A stretch of DNA of 64,000 nt. It comes from Theionarchaea archaeon (lineage in GTDB: Archaea; Methanobacteriota_B; Thermococci; Methanofastidiosales; SZ-28-30). Below are positions 9,605 to 19,322 of this stretch, one piece after another (position 1 is the stretch's first letter; each line of letters begins with the position of its first letter). The stretch is from positions 13,050-77,049 of the forward strand of contig JACVGT010000003.1 of NCBI GenBank assembly GCA_018992685.1, given 5' to 3'. The position numbers and the translations under genes were made by a program. The notes under the pieces are model-generated. The model made no database searches. It was not told the origin of the DNA and saw only the letters and a program-made list of their open reading frames with translations.

Positions 9605-10126
9605 CTAACACCCTTCAAAATCAGCCAGTCTTTCCAGTCCGTGCCAATCCATGTTAGGATGAAGGTTTCGCTGGTTGGTTCTGGATACTTGGAGTACAAC
9701 ATACGACCTGAGGTAGTTGTAGCTGCTTATGAGGAAGTTGAGATAGCGGTGCAGAGAAAAGACATTGGTGGTCATGAGCACCACAGAGGTTTGGAACTCG
9801 CCAACGGTGAAGAAGTAATCCAGGACCTTCAATTCTTCAGTTTCTGCTGCTTTCTTCTCCAGTCTTTCCCGGAGCAGTTCGTAGTCTTCTTTGGTGAAGG
9901 GATCACACCTGAAAAGGACGATGTACATTTCGGCGATTTTTTCAAAAGCAACATCTGCACTGTACCCTATGATGATGCCCGATTCTTCAAGCTCAGCTAT
10001 GTATTTCTTTACCGTGCTGTGGTGCATTCCCAGGATTTGAGCGATGGTGGAGTATGAGCGAGTGCCATCCTCCAGGAGCAATTCCAGTATACGCCTACGC
10101 TTTTCATCTCTTAGATTGACTGTCAT
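9605..10126 (-). CDS. Lrp/AsnC family transcriptional regulator (tandem paralogue)
   Basis: About 60% identical to the downstream paralogue (TIAQILGMHHSTVKKYIAELEESGII...). Confidence 0.7.
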   Translation of the reverse strand: MTVNLRDEKRRRILELLLEDGTRSYSTIAQILGMHHSTVKKYIAELEESGIIIGYSADVAFEKIAEMYIVLFRCDPFTKEDYELLRERLEKKAAETEELKVLDYFFTVGEFQTSVVLMTTNVFSLHRYLNFLISSYNYLRSYVVLQVSRTNQRNLHPNMDWHGLERLADFEGC

Positions 10127-10339
10127 CTGACACCTCCGCTAGTCAGATTATGGGAATCACTGGTCAATAAAAGCTTTGTGGTGGGGTTCTCTGGAAAGAA
10201 TCGAGAGAGGGTATACCATTTGGCGTCCTCTCTGAGAACCGTGATAATTCCTCGTTTCAGTAGGAGGAGATGGCTCCAGGATTAGAGTCAACTTTCTCTT
10301 CCGAAACCTATAAAAAGGATAGTGCAGGAAGACGAGGTG

Positions 10340-10424
10340 GCGGGGGTTGCCGAGCCAGGTTAAAGGCGATGGACTCAAGATCCATTCTCGTAGGAGTTCC
10401 GGGGTTCGAATCCCTGCCCCCGCA
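10340..10424 (+). tRNA. tRNA-Leu (anticodon CAA)
   Basis: Cloverleaf read by eye: acceptor GCGGGGG/CCCCCGC, anticodon stem ATGGA/TCCAT with loop CTCAAGA, long variable arm, T-loop TTCGAAT. No encoded CCA. Confidence 0.75.
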
Positions 10425-10650
10425 TGCAGTACCCTGGATTACCTCCTACTTCTTTCTCAGTTAGGGGTTCTATCTGATCTCAATGATCGAAATCTGCTAT
10501 GAACACCGTTGCTCTTCTCTGATGCATCTCACTTCCTAACCAGGCATGATTTTTTTCATAACAAGAAATTAGTACGGAAGGAGAACTGATCAGCACGCCC
10601 ATGTCTGTGGTTGTTGCAGGAGAAAGAGATCTCTCCGGGGAAGTGCTTTC

Positions 10651-11112
10651 TCACAAGGGCCCCAGCACCTCATTCAATACGTCTCTTTTTTGCTCGTGCA
10701 GTCCATTGATAAAGTGAGCATAGCGGGGAGACAACGACGTTCCCACATTCAACCGTTGAATCGTCCTCTTGCTATACACTAGCACATTATAGCTTTCTTC
10801 AACTGCACTGTGGGAATACCCTCTGTCCCTGCAATACCTGAAGATGGCATTGCGGCTCCTGCCAGGGTTTTCCTGCACATACATGACTATTTGCTGTTCC
10901 AGTGTGAATTCCTCATAACTTTCATCATCCCACATACTCTCTATTCTGAAAGATGAACTGTCCGCCCTCCATTCTTCCTGCTCTTGAAGAGTTTCAAACC
11001 CATCAATTACTTCTCGCAGTGTTACTGCGGACTGAGATGATGTCTCCAATTCCTCAAGGGATCCGTTTTTTCCTCCACCTGTCTGTATACTCGACACCTC
11101 CAATATGTTCAA
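10651..11112 (-). CDS. hypothetical protein (acidic N-terminal region; possible winged-helix C-terminus)
   Basis: 153-aa ORF with no recognisable family. Confidence 0.35.
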   Translation of the reverse strand: MNILEVSSIQTGGGKNGSLEELETSSQSAVTLREVIDGFETLQEQEEWRADSSSFRIESMWDDESYEEFTLEQQIVMYVQENPGRSRNAIFRYCRDRGYSHSAVEESYNVLVYSKRTIQRLNVGTSLSPRYAHFINGLHEQKRDVLNEVLGPL

Positions 11113-11263
11113 GAATGCCAGATTTGATCACTATTTCCCCTCATGACCAACTTCATTCTACTACAGCCTATCTTTCACAACCAAATAAACGTATTTGTGA
11201 GATAAGAACATCATATGTGAAGCTTTCACAAATTTTGTGAAAGTACGGCCCATAATTCAAGTC

Positions 11264-12238
11264 CTAGATGTACCCGTGCTCCCTATACCATTGCAAGGTG
11301 ATTTCAGCCCCCTTCTCAAAGCTGTACTCTGGCTCATACCCAAAATCGTCATGTGCCCTCTTCCAGGAATATGCTCTGTTATTCTGAGTAGCTTCTACCG
11401 TGGATACATGAACCATAAAATCTTCCCTGCCCAAAAGGCCATAGAGAACCTCCAGAGGAGCCATGGCCATTTTTGCCAGAACAGCAGGCACATGAAGGCG
11501 AGGAGGGGCTCTGTCCAGCAGTCTGCCCAGAATCTCATACACCTCATTATAGGTTAGTGCCTTCTTACCGGAAACAAAATACAGTCCCCCGATGGCCTTC
11601 TGATTTCTCGCTTTCAGAAATCCCTGGACGACGTCTTTCACAAATACAAAGTCAACCAGATTCTCACCAGATCCGGCCACAAACTTGGTAAAGATGGAGT
11701 TCTTGGCCATATGTATCATGAAATAGTACGATACATCGTCCACACATCGGGGACCATATACTCCCACTGGACGGAGAATGGTGGCAGGATATCCCTGGTC
11801 GATCTTTTCTGTGATGAGAGATTCAGCCATCAACTTGGATCTCCCATAATCATAGGCAGGATTGGCAGGATACGATTCATCAGCAGGCGGGGTTTTCACA
11901 GGACCCATTGCTTCCGCACTGGAGCAGTAGATGAAGTGATCGACACTTTCACAGGCCTCAATGAGCAATCTCGTCCCCTGAACGTTCACGCTATAATACC
12001 TGTCCCAGACGCCATGGAAGGTATAGTACGCTCCCAGGTGATACACACAGTCCACATCTCGTGCTGCCCTTTTCAGTGAATCAAGATCTGTCAGATCCCC
12101 GTACACCACTTCCACACCAAGAGGTTCCAGATGTGATGTATCAGAACTCTTCCTCACGAGACACACCACGTCACCAGGCAGGGCTTCAACCAGGTGACTG
12201 CCAATAAATCCCGTCCCACCAGTAACCAATGTTTTCAT
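11264..12238 (-). CDS. NAD-dependent epimerase/dehydratase (UDP-sugar 4-epimerase-like, SDR family)
   Basis: MKTLVTGGTGFIGSHLVEAL Rossmann motif and a YxxxK region (YGRSK). Confidence 0.8.
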   Translation of the reverse strand: MKTLVTGGTGFIGSHLVEALPGDVVCLVRKSSDTSHLEPLGVEVVYGDLTDLDSLKRAARDVDCVYHLGAYYTFHGVWDRYYSVNVQGTRLLIEACESVDHFIYCSSAEAMGPVKTPPADESYPANPAYDYGRSKLMAESLITEKIDQGYPATILRPVGVYGPRCVDDVSYYFMIHMAKNSIFTKFVAGSGENLVDFVFVKDVVQGFLKARNQKAIGGLYFVSGKKALTYNEVYEILGRLLDRAPPRLHVPAVLAKMAMAPLEVLYGLLGREDFMVHVSTVEATQNNRAYSWKRAHDDFGYEPEYSFEKGAEITLQWYREHGYI

Positions 12239-12245
12239 GAACCAC

Positions 12246-13034
12246 CTATGTGAGGAAGAAGATGCGCAGCACATCCCGTAGCCCAGGAGCAGCTCCCAGA
12301 ATCAAGATAATCAATCGGATAAAATTCTTGTATCCATCATCTTCAATGTCCTCCACAAAAGACAAGGCAATCCCCACGACGACAATCTTCAGAGGGAACA
12401 TAACAAAAGGAGTGTCAAACCACCTGATAAGGATCCCTGGGAGCATATGCTGTTCAAAGTACCCGAACATGGCCAGCCCGAAACTGGTGGCACTGGCATC
12501 AAGCATGTGGCCCCCCATGATCTCGATATTTCCGGTGATGAAATCAAGGTTCAGGAATTTTGAGAGATAGTACACAACGCCCGTCACCAGGACGGCAGTG
12601 ACCACGATATACACGAGTCCTTTCCAGTTGAAGGCTTCTGCATGGTATGCGAGAATCCCCACGATGACTGCAAACAGGAGTACTGCTTCTGCTGCCAGAA
12701 ACTTGTAATAATTCTGGCCTGCTACCCTCACCAGAATCACCAGGGACAGGAAGGTAATGGCAAAAATCAGAAAGAATATCAATGGTGTCACCAGGATATA
12801 GCTCTCTGAGACACCCATATCCTTTAGAACCCTGGCAGATCCACCCACCAGGACAAATAACCCTACAGAGTAATAGAAATGTCTATCCATCGTTATCTTG
12901 TTCCGTAAATACGTGTAAACTGCGTAGGAGGCTATAACCAAAATGATCCCGTAGGTCAGGGTATTTACCCAGTTGTACCCTTCACCGTATTTTATGGGAT
13001 CGACAAAGTACTCTTGGATGAATTCAGGAATCAT
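12246..13034 (-). CDS. DUF63-like archaeal integral membrane protein
   Basis: 262 aa with about 7 TM segments. Resembles the archaeal DUF63 family; assigned from memory. Confidence 0.4.
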   Translation of the reverse strand: MIPEFIQEYFVDPIKYGEGYNWVNTLTYGIILVIASYAVYTYLRNKITMDRHFYYSVGLFVLVGGSARVLKDMGVSESYILVTPLIFFLIFAITFLSLVILVRVAGQNYYKFLAAEAVLLFAVIVGILAYHAEAFNWKGLVYIVVTAVLVTGVVYYLSKFLNLDFITGNIEIMGGHMLDASATSFGLAMFGYFEQHMLPGILIRWFDTPFVMFPLKIVVVGIALSFVEDIEDDGYKNFIRLIILILGAAPGLRDVLRIFFLT

Positions 13035-13064
13035 ACAGGGTTCTTTTCATCGTGATTTATTAAC

Positions 13065-14540
13065 CTATTGGTGGTAGAAGGCGGTCTCAGCTGTGGCGTA
13101 GACTCTGTTGAAAGGAGGTTCAGAGTAGAGAACACGTTCTTCGGGTCCATAGTAGATGAAAGAGACATTGTATGTCTGTAATATGGACGTTACATGGTCT
13201 GTGTAGAATGTTGTGGTATCTGCAGTCCTTTTGACAAGATCAGGAGCACCAAACTGGTAAGCGCCTTTTACAGGGGGAGTATGAGAAAAAAAGGCCATGA
13301 CAGGCGCTGTTCTCCATTCACAGATAACAGTAGAGCCAGAAACTGACGAGGAAGAAAGCCAGCTGTAACTCTGTGCCTGTTCTGTGGTTACCACGGGGTG
13401 ATAGGGCTCTATGACCCAGTAGCTTTGGGCAAAGGCCAGCAAAAAAAGAGGGACAAGTACCCAGTACCGGGAGATTCTGGATAGAGAAACACCTGCCAGT
13501 ATTACCACAGGGAATACCAGAAACTCTGTGAACCGGTAGGGGAGAGATGGTGAACCCTGAGATAGCAGGAAAAGGGAACCTGTACCACTGAGAAGAAATA
13601 CAGTCTCCCTATTCCTGGATAGAAAGACTGCTCCCAGAAAGGCCAGTACCATGATGACGAACCCCAGCTTTTCTGGATAGAGCTCCAGGGGATAGGCAAA
13701 TCCCTTGGGAAAGAAAACGGGAGCATGTGAGAGGCCCCAGGGGACTGATATCACCAGAGTAAGTAGAATGACGCCCAAGAAGTGTTTGAGATAATTCTTT
13801 CTGAGTATCACCAGCGAGAAGAAGGTGTAGATGAAGATAACTGCTATGAAAGCTGCACTGGACAGTCCATGGGTCAGAACAAGCAATCCACTAATGACAC
13901 CTGAGAGAACCCACTTCTGCTGATAGAAAGTGTACAATCCCAGGTTAAACAGGATGAGCGCCAGCAATTCAGGAGTGTAAGAGACTGCTCTGTCCAGGAA
14001 CAGGGGACACACTGCCGCCAGCAAAGAGGAGGATATGGCTACCTTTTCGTCAAAGAGTGTCCTTGTCAAAAGATACAATGCGAGTATGGAAAGGGTGACC
14101 AGGAACGGAGGCAAAATTCGGGCCAGCGTTTCCAGGGGGAGTCCTGACCCCCGGTGCAAAAGGGCTGTTACCACGTGAAAGACAGGTGGGTAGGTGTGGG
14201 GTCTACCCTGGGGCCCGAAGGACCCTGAATCCCAGGTGAACTGGCCCTCACTGAATTGCCGCGAAATTCGTAAGTGATACCACACATCCCATGAGAGAGG
14301 ATATTCTTTGGGTATGGTGATGGCTGAGACGGTAGAAAAGGATAGGAGTACGACGAAGATCAGGGCGATGCGGCTGGGATGCATGGGGGAGATGTTCTTG
14401 GAGGAAGATAAAGGTTTACCTGAGGTGTGTGGGCTGTATTGACCAGGGTGAACATGAATACGTGTTGAAATTCTTCCCTGCTGAATATACCAGTTTCTCA
14501 TCTGGTACAAGATTCGCCATTCTGAGAGGGATTTCATCAC
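13065..14540 (-). CDS. Polytopic membrane protein, GT-C-like glycosyltransferase candidate (PMT/ArnT/AglS-like)
   Basis: More than 10 TM segments. The N-terminal loop motif WDVWYH...GPQGRPHTYPPVFH is shared with the paralogue at 56089-57657. The start may be internal (M at about 14384). Confidence 0.4.
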   Translation of the reverse strand: MMKSLSEWRILYQMRNWYIQQGRISTRIHVHPGQYSPHTSGKPLSSSKNISPMHPSRIALIFVVLLSFSTVSAITIPKEYPLSWDVWYHLRISRQFSEGQFTWDSGSFGPQGRPHTYPPVFHVVTALLHRGSGLPLETLARILPPFLVTLSILALYLLTRTLFDEKVAISSSLLAAVCPLFLDRAVSYTPELLALILFNLGLYTFYQQKWVLSGVISGLLVLTHGLSSAAFIAVIFIYTFFSLVILRKNYLKHFLGVILLTLVISVPWGLSHAPVFFPKGFAYPLELYPEKLGFVIMVLAFLGAVFLSRNRETVFLLSGTGSLFLLSQGSPSLPYRFTEFLVFPVVILAGVSLSRISRYWVLVPLFLLAFAQSYWVIEPYHPVVTTEQAQSYSWLSSSSVSGSTVICEWRTAPVMAFFSHTPPVKGAYQFGAPDLVKRTADTTTFYTDHVTSILQTYNVSFIYYGPEERVLYSEPPFNRVYATAETAFYHQ

Positions 14541-14609
14541 TTCAATGTGGGAGCCCAGATAGTAATTGTCACGAAAAGTATTTTAGAACGGTGGGAGTAT
14601 CTTCCTATT

Positions 14610-14819
14610 ATGAAATCTGAACACAAAATGTCCATCGGAGCTGTCATGGCTAGCATTGGAAGCCTGGTACTCGTGCTCTCTCTCCTCGTTGGGCCCATGG
14701 ATCTGGGACGACCTTTGGATTTCTTGATGGGCTTTGGGGTCGGTCTGTGCACTGGTCTCGGCTTAGTTCTGTCCATCAATGGCCTAATAGAAAGAAGAAG
14801 GGAAAAGGAATCACTCTAG
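14610..14819 (+). CDS. small 2-TM membrane protein (hypothetical)
   Basis: Short ORF in the gap between two minus-strand genes, with hydrophobic segments. Confidence 0.25.
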   Translation: MKSEHKMSIGAVMASIGSLVLVLSLLVGPMDLGRPLDFLMGFGVGLCTGLGLVLSINGLIERRREKESL

Positions 14820-14902
14820 CCTGCTGTGGATGGAATATATCCCAAAAATTCAAATTTCTCCTTCTCAGTTTTTCTTTCTCTGGGTCCCATTTACCAGCCT
14901 AC

Positions 14903-17512
14903 TCACACATCCGTCAAGACCACGAATTCCTTTTCCAGTATCCTGTATTCCTGGTCTGAAAGTGCACCAACATGGAGAGGTAGAATCAGCCTCGAGCGGT
15001 TGATGACGACAGTATCTTTGAGGTTGTGCAGCAATTTCACCACCGTTTTGAACCCAACCTGGGTGAAGAGATATTCCAGTCCATCCAGCAGAACCACAGA
15101 TTCTTCACATTTTCTGGTGAAATCCTGTATGATGTAGCTCAGTTTGGGAAGATCATCAGGACTTACCGTCTTCTCCATCTCAGACCGAGAAAGCCACAAC
15201 ATCGGAGTTTTCAGGAGGTTGTACTTTGTCCTGATCTTTTCTGGATACTCTCTGGAGATGACAAACCCTGGTATGCCGTGCGTAACCAGGTCATAGAATA
15301 TTTCAAGAGAACGGTCTGGCTTCTTTTCTCTCACAATATATCCTTCTGAAGGATCCAGCACGTGCTTTCTCTCTGTGGTGAGAATCTTTTCTGCCACAGG
15401 TTCAACAAGCATTCTCGTCCTGTCGATAAACGCTGCACACATACTTGCCAGGATTTCAAGGTCTTTGAGATCTTCCTCGCCGATAGCGTCCTTTTCCTTG
15501 AGAATCCCAACTGCCAGTGCTGCAAATGCTTCATCCTGTATCACAATGGGAACCCATGCGAATGAGGAAGTTCCGGATTCGAATCTCTTGCCTTCTGCCA
15601 GTCTGGCGTCCGTGAAGTGAATAGACGTCTTTTCCAGAACGCATCGAACTCCGTAGTATTCCTTTTCCTGCAGAGGTATTGAAGTCCCGATCTCTGGAAG
15701 TCCCGGCCCTCTACCAGAATGAAATACCAGTCTCTTTCTTGAGGGGTCAACAAGAAAGACCCCGACCTTCTCGAATCCAAGTTGATTTATGCTTTCAACA
15801 ATCTTTTCTAACCCTGTTTCCCAGCTTTTCTCCCTCTGGAGCCGCTCTCGTGCATGAAGGAAAATTTCGATGCGCTGTGATCTCTCTGCAATTCTCTTTT
15901 CAAGTTCCAGGTTGAATTTTCGTGTCTGTTCTTCTGCTGTCTTCCGTTCTGTGATATCAACGACACTGGTCTGCACTGCGGGCCTGCCATCGAATTCAAT
16001 GCGGGCTGCAAACTGCTCCATCCACCTAACTGTACCGTCTTTCCTGATGACACGAAACTCGTAGCGGGGAGGTGCGTCTTTTCCTTCTAGTCGCTTCTGG
16101 TACCGCGTCCAGACCAAATCCTGATCATCCGGGTGAACAGTAGCTTTCACCCGCTCTGGAGTCAACGAGAGCAGCTCTTCAGGCTGGTAGCCGAGAATCT
16201 CTGCAAATGCGGGATTGACGAAAACGAAGCGATACCCCTGAGTAACAATAATCCCCTGGAGGGAGTGATCCACCAGGAAGCGATAGTTCGCCTCAGATTC
16301 TCTCAGCTTCTTTTCAGCCTCCTTGCGCTCAGTAATGTCTCGGACGACTCCTCGAAATCCTGATGGTTCTCCTGTGGGAGTCCTCATTAGCGATACCGAA
16401 GCTTCAACAGCCCTTCTGGTGCCATCTTTTCTGATAATTTCCCAATCGAAAGCTCGAGTTGGAGTCCCTGTTCTGTAGACCCTGTTAAACGTCTCATACA
16501 CAGTCTCAGCAGTTTCACTGTCCATATATTCCCTGTTGTTCATCCCGATAAGCTCATTTTTTGTGTACCCAAGCATTCTGGACAGCGAATCATTGAGAAA
16601 CGTAAAATTGCCGGCAATATCCACCTCAAAATACCCGTCTTCGATTTCCTGGAGAATGGTTCGATATTTTTCTTCACTTCTTCTCAGGGCTTCCTCAGCG
16701 CGTTTGCGATCGGTGATATCTCTTTGGACAGAAACAGAGTAGAGGAGCAGCCCTCCAGGATGCTGTATAGCTTCAACACTGAGTAACACTGTCCTTTCTT
16801 CCCCCGTTTTTGAGATGATATTCATTTCTTCGTTCTCAATTTTCCCTGTTTTCTTCCACCTATCAAAGAGCTTCTCTGCCTTTCTTGCTGAGGATGGCGC
16901 ATATATTGTAGATATAACGGGTTTTCCAAGAATTTCTTCTTTCTTGTAGCCAAGTATGTCCAGTGCGGAGGAATTAACGTCGAGGATTATACCCTCAGGA
17001 GAAATCATGTAGCAGTAATCAGGTTGATTCTCAAAGAACTGTCTGAACCTTTCTTCACTTTCCCGTAACGATTCCTTCATTCTCTGCTGCTCAGTGCTAT
17101 CTCTGGCAACTGCTTGTATGGCACTGACCCCGTTCTTGTGAATGAGAGATGCTTCAATCTCAACCCAGAGATACTGTCCATTTCTCATCCTCATTCTGGA
17201 GGTAAAGGGCTCTCTCACAGATCCTGTTTTCGCAATCTCCTCGATTCGAGCACGGGCCTGCGACACCTGATCTTGGTCAAGCAATGAATACAAGGTGAGA
17301 GAATCAAGTTCTTCTCTTGAATAGCCAAGCAATTCGAGTGTTGCGTTATTTACATCGAGAAATCTGCCTTCTAAATCATGGGTAAAGACGCAATGAAGTG
17401 ATCCACTAAAAAGAGCCTTATATCTCTCTTCTGATTCCTTGAGGGCCTTTTCAGTCCTCTGGGCATCTTCCAGGTTGACAACAGGGTGTTTTGGTTCTGA
17501 TGGGTTCTCCAT
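14903..17512 (-). CDS. Multi-PAS/GAF sensor protein with C-terminal DUF835 domain (no histidine kinase domain)
   Basis: Four PAS S-box repeats (each followed by RDITERK/VDITERK-like linkers), a coiled coil and a GAF-like segment. The C-terminal block (PGFVISREYPEKIR...LWLSR...LDGLEYL) is shared with the 28144-30921 paralogue. Confidence 0.7.
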   Translation of the reverse strand: MENPSEPKHPVVNLEDAQRTEKALKESEERYKALFSGSLHCVFTHDLEGRFLDVNNATLELLGYSREELDSLTLYSLLDQDQVSQARARIEEIAKTGSVREPFTSRMRMRNGQYLWVEIEASLIHKNGVSAIQAVARDSTEQQRMKESLRESEERFRQFFENQPDYCYMISPEGIILDVNSSALDILGYKKEEILGKPVISTIYAPSSARKAEKLFDRWKKTGKIENEEMNIISKTGEERTVLLSVEAIQHPGGLLLYSVSVQRDITDRKRAEEALRRSEEKYRTILQEIEDGYFEVDIAGNFTFLNDSLSRMLGYTKNELIGMNNREYMDSETAETVYETFNRVYRTGTPTRAFDWEIIRKDGTRRAVEASVSLMRTPTGEPSGFRGVVRDITERKEAEKKLRESEANYRFLVDHSLQGIIVTQGYRFVFVNPAFAEILGYQPEELLSLTPERVKATVHPDDQDLVWTRYQKRLEGKDAPPRYEFRVIRKDGTVRWMEQFAARIEFDGRPAVQTSVVDITERKTAEEQTRKFNLELEKRIAERSQRIEIFLHARERLQREKSWETGLEKIVESINQLGFEKVGVFLVDPSRKRLVFHSGRGPGLPEIGTSIPLQEKEYYGVRCVLEKTSIHFTDARLAEGKRFESGTSSFAWVPIVIQDEAFAALAVGILKEKDAIGEEDLKDLEILASMCAAFIDRTRMLVEPVAEKILTTERKHVLDPSEGYIVREKKPDRSLEIFYDLVTHGIPGFVISREYPEKIRTKYNLLKTPMLWLSRSEMEKTVSPDDLPKLSYIIQDFTRKCEESVVLLDGLEYLFTQVGFKTVVKLLHNLKDTVVINRSRLILPLHVGALSDQEYRILEKEFVVLTDV

Positions 17513-17563
17513 TTCATTCGCTCCTATCTCTCGAGATAAGCAGTTTATGGATTTGCATTGAAA

Positions 17564-17572
17564 TTTATAAAT
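17564..17572 (-). promoter_or_regulatory. TATA-box-like element in the divergent intergenic region upstream of the PAS/DUF835 gene
   Basis: Palindromic TTTATAAAT about 50 nt upstream of the 17512 start codon. Confidence 0.35.
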
Positions 17573-17882
17573 TTTGTTGTGAATACTATGTCATTCGCTT
17601 CCCGTTTGGTGGTTTCACCCTGATTGGCACACGTTACGTCATGTACCTTCTTGATTGACATAGAAAAGAGCAGTATCATACAATATCTGGAAGTCAGTCT
17701 ATCCGGCAGGACATACGTGAAAGGAGCAGGTAGTGACATACTGGGTTCTGAGCTCCCCCCAATCTTGAGGGAGAACCCTGCAGAATAATGTGTATGGCAG
17801 TGGTAGGAATTCCCAGCAACGGATGGCAGCACGGTTCAGATAGGTTTTTAAGGTCGTGCTTAAAGCAGGGAGAGGTGATACT

Positions 17883-18947
17883 ATGGATTCACGGATTACT
17901 GAACATGCAAAAATTCTGGTAGATTACTCCTGTGAGATTCAGGAAGGGGACCATGTGGTGGTCGTGGTGGAGGATTACGGACAGGAACTGGCGAAGGAAA
18001 TTGTGAAGCTTGTGGCTCAACGTGGTGGAACAACAGTGGTGATACAGCGCCCACCAGAAATGGAGCGGGCCCTCCTGGATGCTGCTCCTGATGAATATGT
18101 AGACAGATTCCCTGATCACCTGTTTGCAATGATTGAGAAGACAGACGCCTACATTAAGATCCAATCCACAGGGAATACACGAGCACTGGGAAATGCGTCT
18201 TCAGAGAAGTTGGTCAAGTATCAGTTAATGCAGAAACCGTTGAAAGAGGAGATCTTGAAAAGAAAATGGTGTGGAACATTATTTCCTACGAATGCACTGG
18301 CCCAGGAAGCGGGAATGTCTTTATCCGAGTATGAGGATTTTGTGTACAGAGCAACATTGAGGGACTGGGAGAAAGAAGCCCAGATCATGTACAAGGTTAA
18401 GGAGATTATTGATAAGGGGAAAGACGTTGTGATTGAGGGAGAGGACACGGAGTTGACCATGAGTATCGAGGGGAGAGTCGCCGTGGCTTCTGTGGGAAAG
18501 CACAACATGCCTTCAGGTGAAGTGTATACAGCCCCTGTGGATGATTCCACGAATGGACACATTTACTTTGATATCCCGCTGGTATACCTTGGTTCATTGA
18601 TAGAGGATGTACGGTTGATGTTGAAGGATGGCGTGATTGTGGAGAGTTCTGCTTCGAAGAATGAGGAATTACTGAAGACGCTGATAGAGACTGATGGAGG
18701 CTCAAGAAGACTGGGCGAACTGGGAATTGGCACCAACAGAGGGATTGATAGGTTCACGCAGAACATCCTGTTTGATGAGAAGATTGGGGATACCATACAT
18801 CTGGCTCTCGGTAATGCGTACAAGGAATGCAATGGAGTAAATGAGAGTGCAATCCACATCGACATTGTAAAATCCATGAAGAACGGCAAGATCCTGGTGG
18901 ACGGTGACATCTTGCAGAAGAATGGGAAGTGGTGCTGGGAACTGTGA
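17883..18947 (+). CDS. Aminopeptidase, M29 family (aminopeptidase T/AmpS-like)
   Basis: About 355 aa with an M29-like N-terminus (ITEHAKILVDYSCEIQEGDHVVV). RBS GGAGAGGTGA precedes the ATG at 17883. Confidence 0.6.
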   Translation: MDSRITEHAKILVDYSCEIQEGDHVVVVVEDYGQELAKEIVKLVAQRGGTTVVIQRPPEMERALLDAAPDEYVDRFPDHLFAMIEKTDAYIKIQSTGNTRALGNASSEKLVKYQLMQKPLKEEILKRKWCGTLFPTNALAQEAGMSLSEYEDFVYRATLRDWEKEAQIMYKVKEIIDKGKDVVIEGEDTELTMSIEGRVAVASVGKHNMPSGEVYTAPVDDSTNGHIYFDIPLVYLGSLIEDVRLMLKDGVIVESSASKNEELLKTLIETDGGSRRLGELGIGTNRGIDRFTQNILFDEKIGDTIHLALGNAYKECNGVNESAIHIDIVKSMKNGKILVDGDILQKNGKWCWEL

Positions 18948-18997
18948 CAGGAGACTGGAGTGATAAGTTTATATGGGTGGGTATCGAAAGGAGATAG

Positions 18998-19070
18998 GCC
19001 TCGGTAGCTTAGCTGGTATAGCGGCCGCCTCGTAAGCGGCAGATCGAGGGTTCAAATCCCCCCCGAGGCT
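18998..19070 (+). tRNA. tRNA-Thr (anticodon CGU)
   Basis: Acceptor GCCTCGG/CCGAGGC, D-loop AGCTGGTAT, anticodon stem GCCGC/GCGGC with loop CTCGTAA, T-loop TTCAAAT. Followed by a T-run. Confidence 0.7.
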
Positions 19071-19100
19071 CTCAGACCCTGGCTCTTAAGCGCTTCTCTC

Positions 19101-19109
19101 TTTTTTTTT
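19101..19109 (+). terminator. poly-T archaeal terminator after tRNA-Thr
   Basis: Nine consecutive T residues 30 nt after the tRNA 3' end. Confidence 0.5.
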
Positions 19110-19322
19110 ATGAATTCTAATGCCGTGGAGCTTTTGCAGAAAGCTTTCATCGCTTACAGAAAGCTTTACAAGCTAAAAAATGTTATAAAGTATGATAACA
19201 TCATATTTTGACCAGAAAAAGTCACTCATATACTGACAGGCGAAAGAGAAAGTGTAAGAGGGAGTGCCCCATCTCATTAGAATCATTCGATAGCAACCAG
19301 GCACTGCAAGCAGATGGCTACC

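Noticed and set aside
10270-10464. 64-aa ORF overlapping tRNA-Leu
   Set aside because: The region folds as a canonical tRNA cloverleaf, so the ORF is an artefact.
15026-16742. Multiple plus-strand ORFs (60-110 aa) inside the PAS/DUF835 sensor gene
   Set aside because: They lie antisense to a long, repeat-rich, well-supported coding region. Typical shadow ORFs.
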